Assembly: GCA_030704615.1 (NCBI GenBank)
Contig: CM060732.1
Coordinates: forward strand, 76,694,001 to 76,758,000
Length of the DNA stretch: 64,000 nucleotides
DNA from: Takakia lepidozioides
Lineage: Eukaryota; Plantae; Bryophyta
Direction of reading: 5' to 3'
Shown: positions 1-11,400 of the stretch, in pieces
Position numbering within the stretch: the stretch's first letter is position 1
Layout: every line of letters begins with the position of its first letter
Position numbers and translations under genes: made by a program
Notes under the pieces: generated by a model
Database searches by the model: none
Told to the model about the DNA's origin: nothing
The model's input: the letters and a program-made list of their open reading frames with translations, nothing else

Positions 1-28
1 GGAAGTTTTCTGCCTAACTTCATTTTCA

Positions 29-500
29 TCAGACAATCTCATGGCAACAGACATGAACAGCCTCTAAGTCAGATTTATCCAGCAGGGTCAAGACTTGCGG
101 ATCCAGGTCCAGGTCCTTGAGGATCTCTTCTACTCTCTTCTGCCAGGACTTAGCCTGTTTGACAGGGCGGTCCTGTTTCCAAGATATAGAGTCGATTAAC
201 TTAGGATATCTGGTGTTGGGCATATGTTGCAGCTGACCCCACCATCTGACCTTGAATTCATCTCGTCGGGAGCTTAAGGATGGAATGCCAAACTCACCCC
301 GAACAGCCACATTGGCTGTTTTGGAGCATGCTGACATACACTCCTTAAGCACCCCCACGTGAATGGATTCTAGAGACTTAGCCTGGTTGGAGTTATCAAC
401 CCATATAGCAGATCCGTACTCCAAGGCAGGTCTAATAACGCGACAAAGCATGGTTTTCTTGACCTCAGAGTTGACCCCTCTGCAGTGGAAAAATTTAGTG
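29..500 (-). mobile_element. 5'-truncated non-LTR retrotransposon (LINE) ORF2 fragment, region just C-terminal to RT
   Basis: ORF 29..511 contains 'VIRPALEYGSAIW...LESIH...KTANVAVRGEFGIPSLSSRRDEFKVRWWGQL', the post-RT motif typical of RTEX/I/CR1-type LINEs rather than plant L1. Confidence 0.75.
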
Positions 501-517
501 CAATAATGCATCAGAGA

Positions 518-643
518 ATGTACTCATAAGACGTTGTTTGTCGTAGCCTTGTGGCCATTGACCCCGCGCCCAGTTTGAGCAGAACACAAAGGGACAGAAC
601 CTACCTCTGTCAGGGGCTGACGTCGGTATTAAGACTTACCTTG
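518..643 (-). mobile_element. Short LINE 3'-end copy (126 bp) with 16-bp target-site duplication
   Basis: Near-identical to the reverse complement of 53795-53920; flanked by direct repeat AATAATGCATCAGAGA at 502-517 and 644-659. Confidence 0.8.
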
Positions 644-679
644 AATAATGCATCAGAGAGAGGAACAAGAAGAGAAGAG

Positions 680-800
680 AGAGAATATACTCATAAGATG
701 TTGATTGCCATAGCCTTTTAGAGAATAGAGAATGTACTCATTGTTTGCCGTAGCCTTGTGGCCATTGACCCGCGCCCAGTTTGAGCGGAACACTTTTAGA
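680..800 (-). mobile_element. Two further tiny LINE 3'-end copies embedded in GA-rich microsatellite
   Basis: GAGAATATACTCATAAGATGTTGATTGCCATAGCC (~680-716) and GAGAATGTACTCATTGTTTGCCGTAGCCTTGTGGCCATTGACCCGCGCCCAGTTTGAGCGGAAC (~727-791) match the family 3' end. Confidence 0.7.
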
Positions 801-3800
801 GAAGAGAGAGAGATAGAGAGAGAAAGAGAGGGAGAGATGACTCAGGTTGGGGTAAATAAGAGCCTCATCGTCAAGTGGGTACTACCAACTTTCAGGGATG
901 GGCTCTTTGAGAAGTAGAGAAGAGAAATGAAACGATACTTCATAATGTCGGCAGAGAGAGAAAGAGAGGCAGAGGGGCAGAGTTACTAACAGTGGAGCTT
1001 CACCAGATTCTCCCTCACTTTCCCCCTCAAGTCCAGCAGCAAGAGCTGCTGTTGTCTTTTCTTCCTTCACAACAAATTTTGCCATCCGTTCCCTTGCTCT
1101 TGATGTCTTGGCTTGTCAAGCAAAACCCACTCAAATGTCAGAGAAAGAAACCAATAGAAGGAACTTTAAAGACGTGCTGAATCTGCAGGAGGTTTCAGAT
1201 TGATCTAGAAACTCTATGAAAGATTCAGTTTCCACAATAGTACCAACAGGTTGGAAAAATGATGCTTTCAAGGTAGCCTGTTAGGAGTAGAGAGGTAAGA
1301 GTGATTTGGAGGAACAGTTATCAGGATACATTCCAAGACAAAGACAAAGATCGGCACTGGCGTGTGTAAGAAAGACTCACATATCAGTAGGTGACAGCGT
1401 GAGCCAGAACCAGCGAATACTCAGTTGACCAATAGATCTTATTGCAACCATTGCACTCTTGCTGTCAACATAGTCTCGTGCAAACCGCTTCCTGTCTTCA
1501 CCTGACTTAACAACCCCATTAGCTTCTAGCATGTCGGACCTTGAGACGTACCTTGTGCATCCACATGCCCAAGAATCTCCTTCCATAGCAGACCGGTTAC
1601 AAAGCTTCAACTGGAAGTCATTCTTGTAGAAGCTTGAGATTCAAATATTGCTTCGTTCAATGGTCCATGTGTATGAAAGGACTATATTACAGTTGATCCT
1701 ACCTCCAGACTAGAAACAGAGCTTCGAAGCGGTATTTGAGGCAATCACAGCTGTCTAATTTCAGGTGGCTAGGGGGGTGGGGGACGGGGGAGGGAGTGGA
1801 AGAGGAAGAAAGGTTGATCAGAAAGCTCAGTCGATAAGGAAGACAAGACCTTCATACTTTGATGAACAAGGAATCCAGGAGGCTGACGAGGAAGCCAAGC
1901 AACAATGTGGAGCATGGCTGGTCAATCCAGTATCCGAACAATGGCAATTATACGAAGGAAACGTGTAGATGAGGAGGTAAACAACAACATATGTACACAT
2001 TGATGGGAAATGTAGAGAGTCATAGTTGTCTGCCCGGTCCTTCTAACTTGTTTCTTTCTCTCTGGTAGATGGAACAACCTGGAGGGTGCTGACGGTTGTG
2101 CCCTGTTTATGCTAGAGATGACAGAGGGAAGATCGAGACTCTTTCACTGTCCTCTCTACCATGGTTGATACCATTGCCTATTCCTTTACCCCCAATCCTG
2201 TGCTGAGGTCTTCCATTTGAAATGCTTGGTAGCATATCTGCATGGCTTTCCACCTTACAAAGAATCACTGGATGTTAAGCTTGTTGTTGGTATTTCTTTC
2301 TTATATTTTGCTTTATTTTCTCCCCTTAAGTTTTGAGCTTCCTGTGGATGTTTCTGGGCAGGTCCCACAGCAAATTGATGCTTCTGTGAAGGGCTTTCTA
2401 GAGGAAAATCTGGAAAGCCCGAACAAATTGATTATACCCAAGATAATAAGTCCCACTACTGGAGAGAATATTCAGACTTTTATTATTACTGTACCAATCC
2501 GTGTAGGTTCTCATAATTTCAGTGAGATTGTGATAGCGCAAAAGCAGATATGGTTTGGCATTCCCTCGTTTCCTGTATTTATTACGTCTTTTATGCTGGA
2601 TGTTAATTTGCTAGACGCTAAACTAACTTCTCAAATCACACGCATGCCCACACAGCCAGCCATGCCAGTATATCTCTTATGTCTCCATAGAATATTGTGA
2701 ACGCATTACACAACACACAAGAGACATGCTCCTTCTTTCTCTATTGTCCAGGTCTCCCTCTTTCGCTAGATGGCAGATGCAAACCTGGAGCTACTGGTAG
2801 CCAGTAACTTATTGTCAGGGCTAATGGTCGTAATGTTATGATCAATATAGTACTGATTGCTCTATATCTCTCTGACTTTGGGTGGGTTCAGAAAGAGAGG
2901 TAAAGAGTCAACCTTTGGGTCCCATGAGCACTGACGTTACTTGGGTCGCGGTTAAAAATCATGGCTATGCACTCTTAACCCTGCTCGGCTCGGTTAAATC
3001 ACCAAACTGTGGTCCCAGATCTGTATTCTGTTGTCTTGGCATGTAGTCAAAACTTTGTTCCCTGTAACTAGGGAATATAGTAAATAGGCAGAGTGGACCA
3101 CCCTGGGGTGAGCGAGCCACAAGATGGCTGCAAGAGTCCAGCATTCTCATCTCCCACATGCTGGCCTGCAACCACATCCACAGACACTTCCTTCCTGAGG
3201 TGAACTTTAAATTGCTCTGGATCATGGAGCTCCTTTGTACATGCAGAAAATGCACAATTACTTGAGCCTACTTCCAGAGTTGTGGGAAGTCACAATGATA
3301 TCAGCAAATATAGCACATTGTGTTTGGAATCCATACTACGTGAACACGGGTAATAAGTATGATACATTAAGGACTCTGAAATTTACTGCCATGGGGCGCT
3401 GGAAAAAAAGTATATATGTGACAGCCAGTACAAAGGCCTTGGCCAGAAAAGAAAAGCTTGGTATGTAGTCTACCTTATGGTCATTTCCACATGTCAGGAA
3501 GAGGTCTGGGTCGATGGGATGGCAGTGCAGTGCCCTTCGTGCACCCCTCCTAACACCTTGTTAGAGCATGTCAACCCTGCAACAATATAACCATAACCAT
3601 TTCACATGTTTTTCATGGTGTTGAATTACGTGGACCCTATGCAAGCCCAAGTAACAGAGATAAACCAAAGACAATGTCTGAGGGAGTAATTCATGTGATT
3701 CAGTAATGCTCAAAAAGGCCAGGGGATGCACACGCTGGTAAAGAAAGCAAAAAGGTCCCATCCGTCAGGGGTTGCTCCTCCATATATATCAGGTGCTTAA

Positions 3801-4679
3801 CAGGTGTTTATCTAATCACTCTCGAGATAGATCACTGATATTGTACACAATGCCAGAACTTTAAAGTTGGGGTTTGTTCGTATGAGGATTACTGTGAGAA
3901 ACAAGGAGCAGACAGAGGGAAATAGTAAGCTTTAATGGACCCTGGCGGCTCAAAAACGCAATCTTCTCTTCCTCGAAAGCGTTGCAAGAGGGAAGAGAGT
4001 GAATTTGTCCAAAACATTTCTCTTTCCAACAAAGGCTACACTTTCTTCAATCTATGTCGCCAGTCCCGACTTCATGTGCAGTGCAAGACACGGAGGTCTT
4101 GCCTCCACACAACAAGAGCGAGGGAGGAAGAGAGAGAAGGTTTAATCTGCTCCCCACACCTGAAAAGGAAAGGATGAAGAAAGAGAGAAAAAAAGTATGA
4201 ATTCTGAAAATTTCACTGTGGGGCACTACACTGATCTTTCTCTTTCTTTGCTTTTGTATAGGGAGGGGAGGGTCCTGGTACGGAAAATGGGTTACCAAGT
4301 GTTGCTTCTTTCCTCTCCTGCTTGGAGGGTTGTTGTCTGCAGCTGTTTTGAGAGGAGGAGGCTAGGCTAGCTTGTTGATTTTGACTCGTTATTCACAAGG
4401 ATGGATAGATGGGTGGATGAGAGAGGGCGTTTTGCTTTCGTCGGACGAGGATCTCTCCAGAGAGAGTAAGTGGTGTCTTCTGCGCTCGCTCTCAAAGGCA
4501 GCGCGTGGCAGAGTTGATGGGCCAGGTGCCCAGAGCCTTGCTAGTTGTTGGAGATGACGCGAAGCAAGTAACTGGTATGTGCATGTGCAAGGTTTTGGGA
4601 ATGTCACTGTGTGTGTGTTGGGGCGAGTAGGCTATGTTGTGCTTTACCGCACCCAGCACCAGAATCACTCATCCGTCCT

Positions 4680-6700
4680 GCTCATTTGTACTGTAAGCCC
4701 TTGTCTCTATGATGTATTTCACTGATCATAGAGGTAAGTTTCAGCCTTGAAAAACGTGTTGGGAATGGCTGTGGCTGCCAGCAAGCATAGTCAATTAAGA
4801 AGGTAAACATATCGAAACCCTCAGCAGGTAAGGCAGGCGATCGCTGCTCAGCTGCTCCAGTGGTGGTTTTATAAAAAAAGTCCAAAATCACAACACGTCA
4901 GACAACCATTTACAGTGCTAGCTGCTATGAGACAAGGTCAGAGCAGAGGTTGATTGTCGAATTGTGATCAAACACGGGCTGTGTACTCATGTAAGTGCAA
5001 TTCTTTCTCTTCAGGGGAAGCAATGAGCATTGGATGCCTCTGGAAGCAGCCCCTTCACAATGGTGGTCCAACAGGTTTGAGAAGTTGACGTAATTCTTGT
5101 TTAGGAAGTCAAAGATGTTTGAAGAGGGCTTGTGACTGAAGCTGGCATGATGATGGTTGTGGAATGGATTGTCCCCCCTTTCCTTTAATTTAGTGACAAT
5201 TTTTGTTGAAGAAGCGAAAGAGAAAGGGGTCTCATTGTCTCAATTTGAAGGTTGTTTAAGGTTTTACCCCAATGTTGTTTGAAAGTTATTTTTTCCCTTG
5301 GTGTTTGTGGCCTGGACTATGCGAGGATTTGATCAAAGCCATGGTTGCTCAGCTACCCAGCTGGTTTTCACAGAATAGTCCAAGATCACCAGACCTCAGA
5401 CACAAGTGCATGAAGGTCCTTTGGATTGAGAGTGGGTGGAGCGAGCTTTTGGGTGAAAAGGCCAGCTGTCATACTAAAGGTTGAGCACAATCTGTGATGG
5501 AATGAGGCGCGACACATTTTGAACACAAGGTATTTCTGTCTCTTGTGGGCCTTGAAATGGTAAAGCAGGTGCATGTCTATATTATGCATTTTGAATTCAA
5601 GCCAAGCATCTTTCAACTCAACATTCTTGTCAGCATATGCCATGTGGGGCGAACCTGGTCTTGAAAAACTACATTAAGAACATGTGTTTTTGTTGACAAT
5701 GATTATGGCAGGGTCACGCAGAGCATGGGTAGGGTCGAGAAATGAATTGGGCAAGTGTAACACCCCAGATGCCAGTCACTTGCATTCTCAAGGCATATGC
5801 CAGCCTAGGAGCCCTGGACAAGAGCAGAGAGACCATCAATGTGGGAATGGACCTAACAGCATTCTGGGGACAGCCCTTGCCATGATGTATGCCAAATGCG
5901 GGAGCTAAGAGATGTATGGCCAGTGTTTGACAATATGGCTCAGTGAGATGTGGAATGTGAAAACCGCCGGACATGAATATGGCATGGGTGTGGTGGGGAG
6001 GCATTGGGGAAATGATGTTTAAGCAAATATACATGAGGTGGCACCTGAATTCATTTGCATTCTGAATTTGTGTGCCAGCCTACAGAGACTTGACAAGGGC
6101 AGAGACTTCCATACTGCCACCATCAAAGCATGGAATGCATCAGCAGGACTTAGCTTTTACTTCTGCGACTGTAGGGATCCAAAGAGCTAGGCTGAGCTTG
6201 GGTTCCATGGGAAGAGCTATACCTCAAACTTTCAGAGTTTGCATTCAGATACAGTTGCTGGAAAGGAATGCTTCGTTTGTTGTTCGCAGGAACGTTCTGG
6301 CATAAGTACCCAGTGTGGCAGTGGCTGAGGGAATTAACTCTCTGGCAAATATGGAAGCCTCTTTGCTCTTGGATATGGAGAACAAAACTCCTTGTTTCAT
6401 AGACTCTATCACGAATTACTAACAAATGACAGTAGGAAAGCTTAGAGGGCTGTTGTCTGCGGTTGTATACAACTGTTCTGAGAGGAGGAGGCTCTACCTT
6501 CTGAAGGATTTTGATTCCTCCTCAAGGTGAAGAGACGTCGTCTGTTGAAAGAATACAAACTCGATGATTGAGCACCTTCCAGACTCCTGGAGGCTGCCCT
6601 AAAACTCCAATTGATGAACTTGAGGATGCACGACAGGCATAGCACAAATACGCACTCTAAGGTGAAGGCACATCCGAGTCTTGAACCATTCAGGCGTACG
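4680..6700 (-). mobile_element. Possible highly degenerate LINE relic (ORF1/endonuclease/RT-like fragments)
   Basis: Weak motif-like fragments in the expected order on the minus strand: 'IFMSGGFH' (GDFN-like) near 5970 and 'AEGFDMFTFLIDYA' (RT domain 2-like) near 4800; many stops and shifts. Confidence 0.25.
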
Positions 6701-7288
6701 CAACAGTTCCTTGTTTCTGTCGATTTGCAGGACTATGTTGCTCCTGGTATAAATATCTAGAGGTAATGATAGAGAAGTACTCTGCTTTCCTCTGCGATCC
6801 TTGCCTTCCATGCTTTGACATGCTTTTGGTCTTGCGGGCAGGAGACCTGTTGACTGTGTCTTCCTCGTACTATTTCTTGTCTTGTTTTTTTGTTAATGGG
6901 CTTCCATCCCCCTTTGAAAGAGACAAATTATTCCGACATGTCGCCGGCCCGGGAAAAGCGCGTCTTGAGAAAATGCCGCCGGCAAACAGGGACGGTGCAC
7001 CACGCGTGAAGGCCGGCGGCTGGCGACGACCGGCGGGCAGCATGGAAAGTTGTGGGACGGGCAGCAGAAAGAGGGGCAGAGAGGGAACGGGAGGGAGAGA
7101 GAGAGAGAGAGAAGAGAGAGGGAGCAAAGAGAGAGAGGGGAGTGCGTTGCTCATGTGGGGAGTCTGCGAGAGAGACGAGCCTGCTTGCGTGCTTGTGAGA
7201 TCCATCCCGCTTTGGTGGTGCCTGCACGGCCAGCGTATGCAACCGCGGGGAGAAAGAAGAGCAGCGAGGAAGGGAAGATATCTGGTAG

Positions 7289-8107
7289 ATGTCAATTATT
7301 CCAAAGGGCGGCACCCTCCACATCCGGGAGGTGTGGGCAGATAATCTGGAAGATGAGTTTGAGTTGATAAGAGAGATTGTTGATGAGTACCCCTACTTGG
7401 CAATGGACACTGAGTTCCCTGGGGTGGTTGTGAGACCGGTTGGAACGTTCAAGAACAGTGCAGAGTACCATTACCAGACTCTTAGGGCAAATGTTGACAT
7501 GCTGAAACTCATCCAGTTGGGGCTCACGTTCTCCGATGAAGACGGCAGCCTGCCGCGGTGTGGGACGCGAGACTACTGCGTGTGGCAGTTCAACTTCAGG
7601 GAGTTCAATCTCCGGGAGGATGTTTACGCGCAAGACTCTATCGAGCTCCTGAACCAGAGTGGTATCGATTTCAAGATGAATGAAGAGAAAGGAATTGATT
7701 CACAGAGGTTTGGAGAACTTTTGATGTCATCGGGCATTGTGTTGAACGAGAATGTGCATTGGATCACGTTCCACAGTGGCTATGATTTTGGCTACTTGTT
7801 GAAACTGCTGACAAACCAAAACTTGCCATCAGGAGAGTCTGATTTCTTTAACTTGTTGCGGACCTACTTTCCGACTCTGTATGATATCAAGTACCTGATG
7901 AAGTTTTGTGATAACTTGCACGGTGGACTAAATCGGCTTGCCGAGACGCTGGAGGTGGAGCGGATCGGACCGTGCCACCAGGCAGGCTCTGACAGTTTGC
8001 TTACATCCTGCGCTTTTCGCAAGCTGAAGGAGGGTTTCTTCAACGGATCTACAGAAAAGTATGCCGGTGTGTTGTATGGGTTAGGTGTGGATAATAGTGA
8101 AAGTTAG
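7289..8107 (+). CDS. CAF1: CCR4-associated factor 1 (CAF1/POP2) DEDD deadenylase, single exon, 272 aa
   Basis: [57 protein letters not shown] motifs; intact ORF. Confidence 0.97.
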   Translation: MSIIPKGGTLHIREVWADNLEDEFELIREIVDEYPYLAMDTEFPGVVVRPVGTFKNSAEYHYQTLRANVDMLKLIQLGLTFSDEDGSLPRCGTRDYCVWQFNFREFNLREDVYAQDSIELLNQSGIDFKMNEEKGIDSQRFGELLMSSGIVLNENVHWITFHSGYDFGYLLKLLTNQNLPSGESDFFNLLRTYFPTLYDIKYLMKFCDNLHGGLNRLAETLEVERIGPCHQAGSDSLLTSCAFRKLKEGFFNGSTEKYAGVLYGLGVDNSES

Positions 8108-8590
8108 TGCCGGCCGGTTTTGGCCTATGGTATTTCTGTAACTCCGGCATACGGACAAAGTCCGTGATTGAAATCTCTGTTACCTCGTACTATCCTTAGT
8201 TCTTTTGTGTGGCATTGTGGCTCTCAACACTTGAAATGGTCCAACAACTATCATGATCTCTGAGCCATATTTCGTTTCTTGGGCATGCCTTTTAGGGTTT
8301 GAGGTTGTTGTCACTGCCAAATCCTTGGAAAAAGGGGATATTTCGGAAGAAGTTGATACTGTCTTTTCTTGGTGTTTTCCTTCCTTTTTTCTATGCATAA
8401 ATTGATTTCTTCTAGGCAATCATCATGATGTTTTGGGCACGTCTGTTAGGGTTTGAGGTTGTTGTCTCTGTCAAATTTGCAAGTCCATAGTCATCTCTTT
8501 ACAGATTTGTTGGCATGTGTGTATTTCTTCTAGCCTGATGGGATGAGATGTATAGGGCACCGATATTTTTGGTGTTTTCCGGTAGGGACT

Positions 8591-9500
8591 CCAAGCTTCC
8601 AATCCAAGTTCTGTTCAGGCTCAATAGATGACATTCAGGTCACTTGAGGGGTAATGATAGTGTGTTGGCTTTCTCTTATTAAAGCAAAGAGGGCCACTCC
8701 GCAGTAGTTGGTACGGACGTGGGTTCTACATAGGTTTCTCTCAGGACGGGGGTGTTTGTCAGACAAGATGGCAGGATACATTTGGTTGCCTGCAAGTGCA
8801 ACCACCAAGGCTTAGGAATTGAAGTACTGTCCTATTTGGGCTTCTCAATTGGAGACAAGAATCTCACTGTTGAGCTTACTTCACTGCCTTTTGGTAAGCC
8901 ACTCTAAACTCAAAGCTTCCAATCCAAGTTCTGTTCAGGCTCAATAGATGACATTCAGGTCACTTGAGGGGTAATGATAGTGTGTTGGCTTTCTCTTATT
9001 AAAGCAAAGAGGGCCACTCCGCGGTAGTTGGTATGGACGTGGGTTCTACATAGGTTTCTCAGGACGGGGGTGTTTTGTCAGAAAAGATGGCAGGATACAT
9101 TTGGTTGCCCTGCAAGTGCAACCACCAAGGCTTAGGAATTGAAGTACTGTCCTGTTTGGGCTTCTCAATTGGAGACAAGAATCTCGCTGTTGAGCTTACT
9201 TCACTGCTTTTTGGCAAGCCACTCTAAACTCAAAGCTTCCAATCCAAGTTCTGTTCAGGCTCAATAGATGTCATTCTGGTCACTTGAAGGGTAATGATAG
9301 TGTGTTGGCTTTCTCTTATTGAAGCAAAGAGGGCTACTCCGCAGTAGTTGGTATGGACGTGGGTTCTACATAGGTTTCTCAGGACGGGGGTTTTTTTCAG
9401 ACAAGATGGCAGGATACATTTGGTTGTCCTGCAAGTGCAACCACCAAGTCTTAGGAATTGAAGTAGTGTCCTGTTTGGGCTACTCAATTGGAGGCAGCTA
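8591..9500. repeat. Tandem repeat, 320-bp unit, about 2.8 copies
   Basis: AAGCTTCCAATCCAAGTTCTGTTCAGGCTCAATAGATG recurs near 8593, 8913 and 9233, with high identity along the units. Confidence 0.92.
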
Positions 9501-10499
9501 TTCCACGAGCTTGAGCTGATCACTTCCCATCTTGGCCAATTTGGATATTGGTGCTTCAAACTAAAGGAGTGTGTGGCTGCTGTGCTAGGAACCAGAAGTA
9601 TGCGGAAAGCCTGTTTGACATCTTACACATTTATGCATTCGCTAAAAATGTAAGGAACAGTAGTGTCTAGAACGTGAGCTTCACTTTGCCAATATTGAGT
9701 ACACATGGAGTCTAATGCCACCTTGCACTAAGCCCAAAGTCCAAACCAAATATATATTTGAGGTGATGGAGAGCTATCAAAGTAGTAGATACAAAAACTC
9801 AATATAAGCTATCAAGTGAAGCCAGAGGAACCAACTAGAACCTCCAGGAACCAAAAAAGTCTAATTACATTTGCCCAATATTGAGCTTGCACGGAGAGTA
9901 ATGCCCATCTTACACTCTGGCCATACCCCAATCCAAATATCTTAATACAAGCACATTAAATGCCCGTATCCCTTTAGAACCATTGTCTAAAGGACAAGAT
10001 GACCCCTTCTTTGAGAGAAGGTTGGACGACGGTTCCACTATGACTTCATTGTATTTATTGCCTCCATACTTTGGTAGCCCTCAAATGCGAATTCATAGTA
10101 TAGGCAGGCTCCCACTTAAATAAATCAGATTTACCTCATTCACAAAACACACAACGGTCTAACAGAGCCTCAGCCAGCACTGTTGAATCAATACGGTTTG
10201 CTTGCAGCATACCCAGTCTTGAATTGGAACAGATACAGAACATAATCATGTCCTTGAAGTAACTTGACAAAAAAAAAACCACATAGATCCTAACATTTAA
10301 ATTGAATCCAACCACTTGGAAACATCCAATGACCTCGGACAAACCACATTTCAACAATACTTCAAGTCTCACATGCATGACAAGTAAGTGGTACAAATCT
10401 GATGCAAAAAATCAACACAATTTGATGTACCTTCAACATCATATGAATAGAGATCAAAGTGGGCCTCCATTCTTCAAAGAATTGTGAGCATTGCATGAT

Positions 10500-11400
10500 T
10501 TGCCAGGGCCACATGCGATACCGATGAAAAGTTAATGCTTCGTATGTAGAGGATGTGAAGGAGAATTGGGATGTCCAAAGTTTGCTTGATTTAACTCGAA
10601 GCATACAAATACTAATCCTAAGTCTAAGAGAGCGGGGAAGCACAACTCGTTTCATGATTAACTACTGGCGACTGGCGGAGTTGTCCACTAAATTAGCCTA
10701 CTTCACATACTCAATGGAGCTATTGATCTGTCCTTCTACATTCTTGAGTAGTCAACATACTGAGCGTTGACGTGGTCGATCTTCTTTGACTGAAATACTC
10801 AACATCGTAGACTTCACATGGGAACACATAAAAAATAGTTTTTCCTATGCCCACCAAAGTCTAGAGCACTTGTCAAGAGAATGTTTCTCTCATTCATGTA
10901 TTCAGCTTTCGTTTGGAAGGTGGTAGACCCCTTTCGGGGAGACACACCACAACTTACACTTGCTTAAGCATGAGTCCACTCATTCTTCTCATTCCTATCA
11001 ACAATGTTCCTCTTGACAACTAATGATCATTGTATCAAGTCAAGAGACGAGAAAACACACTACCATTAATAATTGAGGTTTACAACACATTTTCGCCTTG
11101 AACGCAGCAAGGCACAAGAGTGCCTCCGAATTTGCTCTTGCATACATTGTTGGTCACTTTTAATATATAGAAGACAATTGAATACAAAATGCAACGAGGC
11201 GAAAGATGACCTATATTTTGGGGATGTCAGTCCCAACAGGTGCATGTATATGGTTCCTCATATATTAGGTTGGACCATTATGAGGCTATCGACTATTGAA
11301 AGTTATTTGAGTGCAACACTTGGTCTTTACCACACACATTCAGTCTGCCATGGCACATGAAATTGACAAATGCACGAGTCCAAGACTAGTACATGCTATT
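10500..11400 (+). mobile_element. Old degenerate Ty3/Gypsy pol relic
   Basis: ORF 10555..10770 'ILILSLRERGSTTRFMINYWRLAELSTKLAYFTYSMELLI' resembles the gypsy RT motif 'P.LVV.KKDG..RFCIDYR.LN..T.KD.YP.P..E.LL'; the remainder is heavily decayed. Confidence 0.4.

Noticed and set aside
880-1700. Minus-strand fragments vaguely like a MATH/TRAF domain (YTWTIE, WACGCTRYVSRSDML)
   Set aside because: Frames are broken and no consistent splice model or diagnostic motif could be built
6766-7367. Several overlapping ORFs upstream of CAF1
   Set aside because: They arise from GC-rich promoter and (GA)n microsatellite sequence; no protein signature
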